IMG/VR virus record: IMGVR_UViG_3300005758_000180
Span: 1 to 24,900 of that record
Direction: 5' to 3' (one strand)
From: a virus
Lineage: Duplodnaviria > Caudoviricetes
Length of the DNA: 24,900 bases
Part shown: positions 1 to 8,537 of the stretch, in pieces
Layout: the number at the start of each line of letters is the position of its first letter
Position numbering within the stretch: position 1 is the first letter of the stretch
Program-made: the position numbers and the translations under genes
Notes under the pieces: generated by a model
Seen by the model: the letters and a program-made list of their open reading frames with translations, nothing else
Database searches by the model: none
Told to the model about the DNA's origin: nothing

Positions 1-105
1 TAACCAAGAACCTATACCACCAGCACCAAGTATAGATACAGACTGTAAATTTTCATACCAAGGTAATCCTTTAAATCTGCCATGTGTTTGTATTATTTTC
101 ATCAT
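1..105 (-). CDS. ThiF/E1-like adenylating enzyme, N-terminal part (continues beyond the left edge)
   Basis: Not in the ORF track. Manual translation gives MMKIIQTHGRFKGLPWYENLQSVSILGAGGIGSWL, with the N-terminal Arg (RF) and the GxGGxGS nucleotide-binding loop typical of ThiF/MoeB/E1. It lies directly after the JAB and E2-like genes. Confidence 0.8.
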   Translation of the reverse strand, partial: MMKIIQTHGRFKGLPWYENLQSVSILGAGGIGSWL

Positions 106-119
106 AATTTTTTTAATTT

Positions 120-141
120 AAAAAGGGAGCAAAGCTCCCTT
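120..141 (-). terminator. Intrinsic terminator between the JAB and E1 genes
   Basis: AAGGGAGC-aaa-GCTCCCTT inverted repeat (123-141) with a T-run on the minus strand. Confidence 0.7.
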
Positions 142-144
142 ATG

Positions 145-1548
145 TTATTTTTCATTTGATTTTAATCTAAATTCTTCTTCTAATATTACATTATCTAATG
201 TATGTTTAATATGAAGAGCTTTTAATTTTAAATTAATTTGGTTTAATAAATCTGTTTCTTCTTTTACAGATAATTTTTCATCTGTACAAAAATCTTCAAA
301 TTGTTCTTCTAAACATTCAATAAATGAGTACATTGAAAAAGTATCAAAAGAAGTACCATTAATATGTTTATAAAATTCACTAAATTTATAAGTAAATTCC
401 ATATTTTCAGGTATATTTTTTAAATCTAAAGCTAAAATAGCTTCATCTAATGAATCAGATAAAATATTAATAGCACTTGTTTCTTTAGATAATTTACCTT
501 TACTTTTTTTATTTTTAAGTTTAGGAACATAAAAATCATCGTCATTATCCCAATAATTATGTGTTTTTTTATTATTTAAAAGTTCATTATCTTGAAATAA
601 TCTACCGTTACCATAAAAATTATTATTACTTTGATAATTATAATCTGGATAAAAAGTATATTTAGATTTTTTCTTTTCTATTTCTTCATATCTTTTTACA
701 AAAGATTCTGGTAGGTTTACTACATCATGTTCTTTATACTTAATTGTACAATCATAAGTAAACATTGCTTTTTCTTTTAAATCTTTTTTAGTACTATTAT
801 TTCCAAAAGTACCATCATCTTTTTTAAATTTTAATACTCTAGAATAATTTTCTTCTATTTCTCCTTCAAAAGCAATTTTTGCACACCATTTATCAATATC
901 TTGAAAATTTACAATTAATGATAAATAATAATTATATGCAGTATGATTATCAATTAATTCTTTTGTATCAGTACCAGAAAAGAAACAAGACATACTATGA
1001 TGCGTGTGAATATGTCCTGTTTTTAATGTTTCATCATTCATTAAAGAATTTATTTTATCGAAAACATAATCATCTTCAGTTAAAGCTTTAGATAAAGAAT
1101 ATTCAGTATAAGAAGCAGAACCAATATCCATTAAAATAATATCAATCATTTCAATTACAAATTTTGAAGGGTTTTCTATACTTTCTTTAATTATTTTATA
1201 GATTAATACACCACTCCATTCAACTGATTTTACTTTATTATGAAGAAAATCTACTTTATCTTTAAATTCTTTACTTATTAAAATTGTTGGTTTTTCTGGT
1301 AAAGAAATTTGTTTAATTGTGGGATTTACTACATTGTTAAAATTATTATTAAATCCTATAGGATTATTAACTTTATAAGGTAAATTTACATCATCATCCA
1401 ATCTATGTAATAAATTATTTTTACTAGATTTACTTTTTTTTACTTTTGCTAGTTTATTATCAGCAGTAAAATTTTTAACACTTTTCAATTTTTTTAATAT
1501 ATTTGTCATAAATTTTTTTGTTAAAATAATATTTAATTTTATTTTCAA
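145..1548 (-). CDS. JAB/MPN+ (JAMM) metalloprotease-domain protein (start uncertain, probably nearer 1480-1510)
   Basis: VEWSG (catalytic Glu) plus an exact HxH-x7-SxxD motif (GHIHTHHSMSCFFSGTD). Long low-complexity linker and a helical C-terminal region follow. Confidence 0.88.
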   Translation of the reverse strand: MKIKLNIILTKKFMTNILKKLKSVKNFTADNKLAKVKKSKSSKNNLLHRLDDDVNLPYKVNNPIGFNNNFNNVVNPTIKQISLPEKPTILISKEFKDKVDFLHNKVKSVEWSGVLIYKIIKESIENPSKFVIEMIDIILMDIGSASYTEYSLSKALTEDDYVFDKINSLMNDETLKTGHIHTHHSMSCFFSGTDTKELIDNHTAYNYYLSLIVNFQDIDKWCAKIAFEGEIEENYSRVLKFKKDDGTFGNNSTKKDLKEKAMFTYDCTIKYKEHDVVNLPESFVKRYEEIEKKKSKYTFYPDYNYQSNNNFYGNGRLFQDNELLNNKKTHNYWDNDDDFYVPKLKNKKSKGKLSKETSAINILSDSLDEAILALDLKNIPENMEFTYKFSEFYKHINGTSFDTFSMYSFIECLEEQFEDFCTDEKLSVKEETDLLNQINLKLKALHIKHTLDNVILEEEFRLKSNEK

Positions 1549-2833
1549 TAATAGTTTTTAATGAAGATGGTATTCTTTTTTCTTTAATTTGTTCTAATTT
1601 ATTATCTTCTAATGTTATAAAAATATCTTTATTTGTTAAATCAGTATATAAATACTTGTTTGTTAAATTTACATTATTTGATGAAGACGTTCTTTTTATA
1701 TACCTTACAATACCTAAATTATCTTTATCTGTAATATAATTGTTAGATATTATATCATAATAAAATTCTTCATTTATAATTTCAGCGTTTATGATATTAT
1801 TATTTAATAAATCAGATTCTACACTAATAGATAAAGTTTTTTTTATTACATCTTTATTAAATAAACTGTTAGTATTTAATTTTTCAATAATTGATGCAAA
1901 ACATTCTAAATTTATAGCTTTTTCATCAAGGTCATTATAAAATTCATTGTTACTTTTTACAATATTTTTAATATATTTATAAGGAGTACCTTCTAAAGAT
2001 TCCCATCTAATGTATGAATCTATAGTTGCAAATATTGATATAAAACTTTCAAATTTAGATTTTATGTAAATTGAACTTTCGTTAAAAAAATTAAAAAACT
2101 CATGAATTTTTTTATTTATTTCAGTATCAGAACCTCCATAACATAAATCTGAATCAAGAGAATAACAATCTCCTTGTGAATGAGAAAAATTATAAGAAGA
2201 ATATAATTCGTCTTTAGTTACTACTGGTCTAATAATTCTACAATAATTTCCACCATAATCATTTAAATTATTATCAACAGATATTGGTATCATGAAATTT
2301 ATTTGTGGCATAGTATGTTTTAATCTAAGAGAATTTGAAATTTCAACATTTTTAAATTTTAACATTAAATTAAAAGCACCAGCTCTACAAGTATAACTAC
2401 TTTTTTGGTCACAAAAATTAAATTTATTAAATACAGAAAAATTTAAAACTTCACTTAAAAAAATTTTAGTAAGTTTTTTTCTAGTTGAAGACTCTTTTTC
2501 GCCTACTATAATTTCAAAATCAATATTTAAAAAATCTAATACTTTATGAAAAAACATTAAAATTATAGCATTTGCTTCAGTTTTATATTTATTATTATAC
2601 CCGTTTAATTTTCCTAGTAAAGATTTATTTTCATTTAAATAAACTATAATGTCATTTAATTCATTATTATTTAATAAATTAATAGCTGTTTCAATAAAAG
2701 TTTCTTCAATGTTTTTAATTTCTATTTCAGGTACTACTACTTGTTCTGTGTTTTCTTCTACTTGTTTTATTTTTTCATTATTAATAGATTGAGAAAACAT
2801 CATATCTATTTCTTCAAACAGTAAATCATCCAT
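1475..2833 (-). CDS. Putative prokaryotic E2/UBC-like conjugating enzyme
   Basis: YNFSHSQGDCYSLDSDLCYGG resembles the H..H-x(n)-CxG active-site pattern of prokaryotic E2 families. A WESLEGTPY block follows. The gene sits between the Ubl and JAB genes. Fold is inferred. Confidence 0.6.
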   Translation of the reverse strand: MDDLLFEEIDMMFSQSINNEKIKQVEENTEQVVVPEIEIKNIEETFIETAINLLNNNELNDIIVYLNENKSLLGKLNGYNNKYKTEANAIILMFFHKVLDFLNIDFEIIVGEKESSTRKKLTKIFLSEVLNFSVFNKFNFCDQKSSYTCRAGAFNLMLKFKNVEISNSLRLKHTMPQINFMIPISVDNNLNDYGGNYCRIIRPVVTKDELYSSYNFSHSQGDCYSLDSDLCYGGSDTEINKKIHEFFNFFNESSIYIKSKFESFISIFATIDSYIRWESLEGTPYKYIKNIVKSNNEFYNDLDEKAINLECFASIIEKLNTNSLFNKDVIKKTLSISVESDLLNNNIINAEIINEEFYYDIISNNYITDKDNLGIVRYIKRTSSSNNVNLTNKYLYTDLTNKDIFITLEDNKLEQIKEKRIPSSLKTIIENKIKYYFNKKIYDKYIKKIEKC

Positions 2834-2845
2834 TTTTTTTATTTT

Positions 2846-2878
2846 AAAAAGCCGATAATAATTAAATTATCGGCTTTT
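2846..2878. terminator. Strong, possibly bidirectional, intrinsic terminator
   Basis: Perfect 13-bp inverted repeat AAAAGCCGATAAT-aattaa-ATTATCGGCTTTT (2847-2878). Confidence 0.75.
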
Positions 2879-2885
2879 GTTTTTA

Positions 2886-2984
2886 TTAGATTAAATTGTT
2901 TAAAATTTCAGAATTTATTATAGAAATTAATTTTTTTTGATAAATTTCTAATATGTTTTCTTCTAAAACATCTAAATCTTGCAT
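2886..2984 (-). CDS. 32-aa micro-ORF translationally coupled to the Ubl gene
   Basis: MQDLDVLEENILEIYQKKLISIINSEILNNLI. Its ATG overlaps the Ubl stop (TAATG) and it fills the gap up to the terminator. Confidence 0.5.
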   Translation of the reverse strand: MQDLDVLEENILEIYQKKLISIINSEILNNLI

Positions 2985-3214
2985 TATTTTCCTGATTTAA
3001 TTTCTTTTGTAGCTAAAAATATAATAGCTTCGCCTGAAGGTAATTGAGCATTGTCGTCTTCTAAACTAACTCTTGTTTCTCTAACCATACCTCTTAAATT
3101 AGCTGTAATGAAATCTGAATTTTCAGATTTTAATTGACCCCATGTTGTTGCACTTGTGATAACTTCTTTTCTTACTTGAGAATTTGAGTTAAATAATGTG
3201 ATTTTTCTAGACAT
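2984..3214 (-). CDS. Ubiquitin-like (beta-grasp) protein
   Basis: 76 aa with a beta-beta-alpha-beta pattern (RKITLF / KEVIT / TWGQLK) and a final strand LPSGEAIIFLA. The C-terminus KEIKSG-K has a near-terminal Gly. It lies upstream of the E2, JAB and E1 genes. Confidence 0.7.
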   Translation of the reverse strand: MSRKITLFNSNSQVRKEVITSATTWGQLKSENSDFITANLRGMVRETRVSLEDDNAQLPSGEAIIFLATKEIKSGK

Positions 3215-3236
3215 AATTGTAAATTTTAAATTGTTA

Positions 3237-3842
3237 TTATTTTGTTGTTATTAAATTTGTTTCGTTAGCAACTAAAGTGCTATCTAAATAGTTAATATAA
3301 AATTCCATAAATTCGTTGTATAATTCTTGAAAATCGTATTTATCTAATACATTATCTGCATTATCTAACTTATCTTCAATAGCTATTCTTATAGAATTAT
3401 AATTTATATTAGTGCTTATACCATGTTTTATTAATTTTTTAATAAGAGAATCTTCCATATTTAAGATTTTAAAATAAACACCAGGATTTTCTTTATTAAT
3501 AGAAGTATATTTACCATTTATACTTAAAGGTAAAGGAAACATTACACTTACATTATCATCTTCAATTAATTCTTTTTTTACCATAAAATCTTGAATTGTT
3601 TGAAGAGGATTAATCCAATCATATTTCCTTTTACTATTCCTTACAAAATGAAACCCTATTAATAAAGGATTGCTTAGTTGTCTTTTTTCTATTTCATTTG
3701 TAAATTGATTTTTAATTTCATTAATTTTTTCATCACTATCTTTATAATATTTTAAAGATAATTTACTGCTAATTAACATTTTTCCTGTCCATCTTTTACT
3801 GTTTTTAGAAGATGGTACATTATTCGGAATAAAAAATATCAT
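3237..3842 (-). CDS. rusA: RusA-like Holliday junction resolvase with a C-terminal extension
   Basis: N-terminal IPNNVPSSKNS and the catalytic pattern RKYDWIN...IQD...IEDDN. Confidence 0.7.
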   Translation of the reverse strand: MIFFIPNNVPSSKNSKRWTGKMLISSKLSLKYYKDSDEKINEIKNQFTNEIEKRQLSNPLLIGFHFVRNSKRKYDWINPLQTIQDFMVKKELIEDDNVSVMFPLPLSINGKYTSINKENPGVYFKILNMEDSLIKKLIKHGISTNINYNSIRIAIEDKLDNADNVLDKYDFQELYNEFMEFYINYLDSTLVANETNLITTK

Positions 3843-4821
3843 TTAATTTTTTGTTAATTAAAGATTTTAACTTTTCAGGATTATTAAATTTTATAAAATC
3901 AGAAGGGTCTTTATATTCATCAATAAAAATTGATTTAAATCCATAAACTTCTTCATATTTTTTACTAGCTTCTTTACCAGGTTCATCATTATCGAAAAGC
4001 ATTATAATGTTACTACAAACTTTTTCTTTTAACTTATTTATTATAGTTTCATTCAATAAAACTGTTTCTGATGCAGGTGCTATAGCAGTAAATCCTATAC
4101 TATATAATGACATTACATCTTTTAAAGATGATGTTATAAACAATATTTTTGGATTTTGTTTAATAGCTTGATTAATACCTTGTAAAACATTAGAATCTGT
4201 ATTACTAAACCATTTGTATTTTAAATTTAAAGGATTTAATATTTTATAAAATTTAATATTATTTTTAATACCTAATTTATAAGCAAAACATAAATTTTTA
4301 TTATAAATCCAATTACCATTAATAGAATACGCATTTAAAGATTTTACATTATAAAATTCTAATATTTTTTTATCAATATTATACTGTTTCCAATATTCTA
4401 AATCATTTTTAGAAAAGTTTTTAATATTGATATTTATTATACATTTTTCTTTAGGTAAAATAGTTAAATCATGTATTATAGGTTTTTCTATTATATCACT
4501 TTTAATAGAACTTGTTCCTTTAAGATTTAAATTAAAATCATTATTTATAATATTTAAAGCGGTAATAAAATCACAATTATATTTAGCTCTTACATACTGA
4601 AAACAATTATAATAATGACCTGTAGAAAAATCTTTATAAACTAAACCTTTTGATAAATTAGATATTATACAACTTGGTTTTTTATCTTCTCTTAATTCAG
4701 AACAAAATAAATTTCCAAGTTCTTTAAAAGAAGAACAATAAAATTTAAATATATCATATTCTGATATTAATTCAAGAATTTTTTGAAAAGTTAAAGCTTC
4801 TTTTGGTTTATTACCATACAT
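3820..4821 (-). CDS. dnaG: DNA primase (DnaG-like, TOPRIM)
   Basis: Degenerate N-terminal zinc-binding-like region (FCSELREDKKPSC..YKDFSTG) and TOPRIM motifs ITSSLKD, FDNDEPG and KDPSD, within a replication operon. Confidence 0.85.
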   Translation of the reverse strand: MYGNKPKEALTFQKILELISEYDIFKFYCSSFKELGNLFCSELREDKKPSCIISNLSKGLVYKDFSTGHYYNCFQYVRAKYNCDFITALNIINNDFNLNLKGTSSIKSDIIEKPIIHDLTILPKEKCIININIKNFSKNDLEYWKQYNIDKKILEFYNVKSLNAYSINGNWIYNKNLCFAYKLGIKNNIKFYKILNPLNLKYKWFSNTDSNVLQGINQAIKQNPKILFITSSLKDVMSLYSIGFTAIAPASETVLLNETIINKLKEKVCSNIIMLFDNDEPGKEASKKYEEVYGFKSIFIDEYKDPSDFIKFNNPEKLKSLINKKLNDIFYSE

Positions 4822-4838
4822 AAAAAATTATTTTTAAT

Positions 4839-4868
4839 AAAAAGAGGGTAGAAATTAATCTACCCTCT
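4839..4868 (-). terminator. Intrinsic terminator
   Basis: Perfect 10-bp stem AGAGGGTAGA-aattaa-TCTACCCTCT followed by a T-run on the minus strand. Confidence 0.75.
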
Positions 4869-4875
4869 AGATTAA

Positions 4876-5442
4876 TTAAAATAATTCATCGTCATCACTA
4901 TTATCAGAAGAATCATTATCTACAGGTTTTTCCAACTCATATTTATCATATTTTGGATTTGTAGATAAAATATCTTCTTTATCAGGAGTGGTAATAAAAT
5001 TAGGAAAAGTAGGTACTGTAATATAACCTTTTTTGTTATATACAAACTTCATAGTAAATTCTTTAGTTGTAAAATCTTCATCTTTTAACAAAGCTTTGAT
5101 TTTACTAACAAAATTTGCAAAACTATTAGCAGGTTTAGCTTCAATTTTATCAGCATAAGCCTGTTCTCCTACTAATTTTGTACAAATGTGTTTTACAGTT
5201 CTGTTAATTTGGTCTATTTGCCAATCTTCTTCACCTTCAAATAAAGAAATTTTAACTAAAGCACCGTTAGCTTGTTTAAAAACAAATTCAGCTCTATCTT
5301 CTTGAACTTGTTCATCTTTGTCTTTTGCAAAATCAAAATAGATAAATTTGTTCCCTTTTACTCTCTCACCTGCTACTGGTAAAACATAAGAACTATCTGA
5401 AGCTAATGTTTCACCTTTTGAATTTGTTGATTTACCGTACAT
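4876..5442 (-). CDS. Putative single-stranded DNA-binding protein
   Basis: Beta-rich, aromatic sequence with an acidic tail (DSSDNSDDDELF). Located between the Sak4-like ATPase and the primase. Confidence 0.5.
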   Translation of the reverse strand: MYGKSTNSKGETLASDSSYVLPVAGERVKGNKFIYFDFAKDKDEQVQEDRAEFVFKQANGALVKISLFEGEEDWQIDQINRTVKHICTKLVGEQAYADKIEAKPANSFANFVSKIKALLKDEDFTTKEFTMKFVYNKKGYITVPTFPNFITTPDKEDILSTNPKYDKYELEKPVDNDSSDNSDDDELF

Positions 5443-5467
5443 ATTTATTAAATTTAATGATTACTTA

Positions 5468-5920
5468 TTAAAATAAAGATTCTTCTTCTTCCTCTTCTTC
5501 TTGAACATCATCTAAAACTTCTTGTGGTATTTGTTCAGATTCTTCTTCAACAATATTTTGGGGTTCTAAAGATACTTCAATTTCTTGATTTTGTGTTAAT
5601 GTTTCTTCAATTAATTCTTCTTTTTCATCTTTAATTAATTCTTCTGATTCAATAACATTAGTGTTTTCATGATTTTCTAAAGATTTTATTCTTTCTTCTT
5701 TTTCTTCAATGGTATCAACAATTATTAAACTAGATTGTTTTTTAGTTTTTTTACCTTTTAATTGTGGATGATTGAATAAAATAGTTAATTGGTTATTATC
5801 TAAACCATATTTTTCACTAATTGAACCTATTAATGGTTCATAACCAATTGATGATGGTTTTCTGGTTAAACCATTTTCTAAATCATTTAAAATTTCTTGA
5901 ATACTTACAATTTTTGCCAT
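5468..5920 (-). CDS. Hypothetical protein: small helical (HTH-like) N-domain plus a long acidic tail
   Basis: N-terminus IQEILNDLENGLTRK..ISEKYGL..LFNHPQLKGKK; Glu-rich C-terminal half ending EEEEEESLF. Confidence 0.6.
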   Translation of the reverse strand: MAKIVSIQEILNDLENGLTRKPSSIGYEPLIGSISEKYGLDNNQLTILFNHPQLKGKKTKKQSSLIIVDTIEEKEERIKSLENHENTNVIESEELIKDEKEELIEETLTQNQEIEVSLEPQNIVEEESEQIPQEVLDDVQEEEEEEESLF

Positions 5921-5925
5921 TTTTT

Positions 5926-6672
5926 TTACTTTTTTAAACTTTCATAAATTAATTCCCATTTTACATCGCAAACATCATTTTTTTCAAAATCATATTTTGC
6001 TAGTATTATTTCTTGTCCTTTAAGATGATTACATCTTGAACCACAAACAATTTCATCTGAACCTTTAAAATTTGCTATAAGATTATTGTCTTCGTCTCTA
6101 TATAAATAACAAATAGCATCTGCATCAGTACTTATTATAGTTTTTAACTTACCAGTTAAATCTATTTCTTTATGAGATACTTCTTTACCTTTTTTCTCAA
6201 TAGAGCTATCTTTTAAATGGCAAACTAAAATTATATTGTCTGCTAATTTTTTAATTTTATTAATCCATTCTTGAAAAGCTTTTCTTAACCAGTAATAACC
6301 TGCTCCACGACTTAGTTCTAAAACTGAATCACCTTCAAAATTTGCACCTATTGGTTGAGCTTTATAAAGTTCTAAAGCATAATCTAAACACCATTCTTCT
6401 AATTTAGTAGTAGTGTCTATAATTACTGTTTTATAAGGTCTTTTAGCTTTTATAATAGCTGTACCAACTTCTTTTAGTTCTTTTAAGTTATTTACTTTAA
6501 TTTTAACAGCATCAACAAAATCAGAACCATCTTCTAAATCAATCAGTAAAGAATTAGGTAATTTACTTAATATAGTAGTTTTACCGATTTTTGGAATACT
6601 GTAAAGTATTAATAATTTTGGGTCTCTAGATATAGATTTGACTATATCTTTTGGTAATTCAATTTCTAACAT
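5926..6672 (-). CDS. AAA_24/Sak4-like P-loop ATPase (single-strand annealing recombinase-like)
   Basis: Walker A YSIPKIGKTT, LLIDLEDG, Walker B VIIDTTT, GAGY and ILVCHLKD. Confidence 0.8.
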   Translation of the reverse strand: MLEIELPKDIVKSISRDPKLLILYSIPKIGKTTILSKLPNSLLIDLEDGSDFVDAVKIKVNNLKELKEVGTAIIKAKRPYKTVIIDTTTKLEEWCLDYALELYKAQPIGANFEGDSVLELSRGAGYYWLRKAFQEWINKIKKLADNIILVCHLKDSSIEKKGKEVSHKEIDLTGKLKTIISTDADAICYLYRDEDNNLIANFKGSDEIVCGSRCNHLKGQEIILAKYDFEKNDVCDVKWELIYESLKK

Positions 6673-6677
6673 AATTT

Positions 6678-7748
6678 TTAAATTAAATATTTACTTGCTT
6701 TTTCATAATACTTATCTTTCATATCAACAGCTTTAGGAAGTTCTCTAAAAGTACCTACAGGACCTATAAAATTTAATCCTATATTAATACCTGGTTCACC
6801 ATCACGATTTTGTAATATTTCTAAATTTCTAAAACTGTTTCCTAGTTTAGTTATATCATAGCCTTGAAATGTTTTTTGTTTATCTCTATATGGGTCATAT
6901 AAAGCTAAAATAACGTTTGCATCCCTGACTGTGTATCTAGAATCTGAAAAATCTCTAAGAGTAGGTGTTAGTCTTCCTTGTTTATGCCTTTCATCATTAT
7001 CAGTTTCAAAAGATAATTGTTGAATAACTACTGGTATTAAATTAAAATTATTTCTAAGTTCAACCAAATATTGAGACATTTTATCAATATTCTGCTTTGT
7101 GTTAAATCCTCTTTCCTCTTTTAACAATGCAATATGGTCTATAATTACAATCCAATACCTATTATCATTATTTGGAATGTATTTATCAAATCTTTTAATT
7201 TCAATACCTTCATTACTTGTTCCTATAGTTTTAGTAAGTATCTTCCCGTTACTTTTAGCTTTATTTACAAGATATTTGTATATACCTGTAGCGTTATCAG
7301 GCATATCATGTATTGTTACTACATCTTCTAAGCTTTCAAAATAAGATTTATAAGATTTAATTTTTGCAAAAAGTTCATCTTCACAATAATTTCTACCTCT
7401 ACTTAAAATTGTGCTTATATCAGCAATAATACCTGTATCTTTCCATAAAGCTCTACTAATTCCCTTAGTAATTTTTGATTTTTTTTCTATTTCATAAGAA
7501 AAATAATCAATATCTAAAACTATATTTGTATCTTTTGTTTTTCTTAAATAATCAAATGGATTATACAAAAAAGCATCGTCAACAAAAGATGTTTTACCAA
7601 CTTTTGAACTTGCAGCCGCTAAATAATAAGTACCTTGTTGTATGTTAGGTAGATATTCGACTAGCCTATTAAAACCCATAGGCAACCCCTCATTTAAACC
7701 TTGTCTACCTCTTTCTATGTTTTTAATAACATCATCAAATATACTCAT
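6678..7748 (-). CDS. dnaB: DnaB-like (SF4) replicative helicase, motor domain only
   Basis: H1 AASSKVGKT, H1a FSYEI, H2 IVIIDHI, H3 VIQQL and H4 DANVILAL...QNRDG. Confidence 0.88.
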   Translation of the reverse strand: MSIFDDVIKNIERGRQGLNEGLPMGFNRLVEYLPNIQQGTYYLAAASSKVGKTSFVDDAFLYNPFDYLRKTKDTNIVLDIDYFSYEIEKKSKITKGISRALWKDTGIIADISTILSRGRNYCEDELFAKIKSYKSYFESLEDVVTIHDMPDNATGIYKYLVNKAKSNGKILTKTIGTSNEGIEIKRFDKYIPNNDNRYWIVIIDHIALLKEERGFNTKQNIDKMSQYLVELRNNFNLIPVVIQQLSFETDNDERHKQGRLTPTLRDFSDSRYTVRDANVILALYDPYRDKQKTFQGYDITKLGNSFRNLEILQNRDGEPGINIGLNFIGPVGTFRELPKAVDMKDKYYEKASKYLI

Positions 7749-7750
7749 AA

Positions 7751-8308
7751 TTAAACTGTTTTATGAAATTGGTCATTGTAATCTTGTTCCATACTTTCAA
7801 AATTTTCAATAAATGATTCTAACATAGAATTATTGTTTTTATATATAAAAAAATGAGCTAACATCATATAATTAAAATTTTCTTGTTGCTTTTTTTCTAC
7901 ATATATTTTAGTAGCTTCTAATATAGTTTTTTTATCTCTTCCAAATTCAAGCATAAACTTTTTTAAATTAGCTATACAAGTTTTTTTAATACCTCTAACA
8001 GGATAACCTCCAGAATGTACACCACTTGGAAATAAATTTCTATATTCATCTACCCAATCTTCTACATTTAAATCATTATTGTTTTCAATGTTAAATATTT
8101 TTTTAGCTTTAGGTCTTAATTCAATTTTTTTACCTACTTGTTGAATTAAAGCTTTTTCTAATAAATTATTTATTACATTTTCAAAATTTTCTATAGCAGG
8201 AATTTCTAAGTTATTTGCTATACAACTTAATATAACATACTCATTAAAATCAATACTGTTAGCTAAACATTTGTTCAAGTCCACTTGAATAATTTTTTTC
8301 TCTCTCAT
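7751..8308 (-). CDS. Hypothetical protein, possible replication initiator or helicase loader
   Basis: wHTH-like N-terminal part and a helical C-terminal part (WVDEYRNLFP...ILEATKIYV...YMMLAHFFIYK). Immediately upstream of dnaB; function inferred from context. Confidence 0.45.
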   Translation of the reverse strand: MREKKIIQVDLNKCLANSIDFNEYVILSCIANNLEIPAIENFENVINNLLEKALIQQVGKKIELRPKAKKIFNIENNNDLNVEDWVDEYRNLFPSGVHSGGYPVRGIKKTCIANLKKFMLEFGRDKKTILEATKIYVEKKQQENFNYMMLAHFFIYKNNNSMLESFIENFESMEQDYNDQFHKTV

Positions 8309-8537
8309 AAAATTCTAGATTTTCTTGATAATTATTTATTTGTTTTCTAGATTCAAGTTCAAAATCTTCTTCAGATTTAAATAAAGCTAATTCATTATAT
8401 AAAAATACTTCATATTCATCAACAGTAATAGTAAGATTAAAATCCTTATTAATTAAATCTACCTGGTCTTCTATACTTTTACTTGTGAAATCATTATATT
8501 TATTTTTACATAAAAAGAATTGAAGTTTTAAATCCAT
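8259..8537 (-). CDS. Hypothetical protein
   Basis: 92-aa ORF overlapping its neighbours in the operon. Confidence 0.65.
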   Translation of the reverse strand: MDLKLQFFLCKNKYNDFTSKSIEDQVDLINKDFNLTITVDEYEVFLYNELALFKSEEDFELESRKQINNYQENLEFYEREKNYSSGLEQMFS

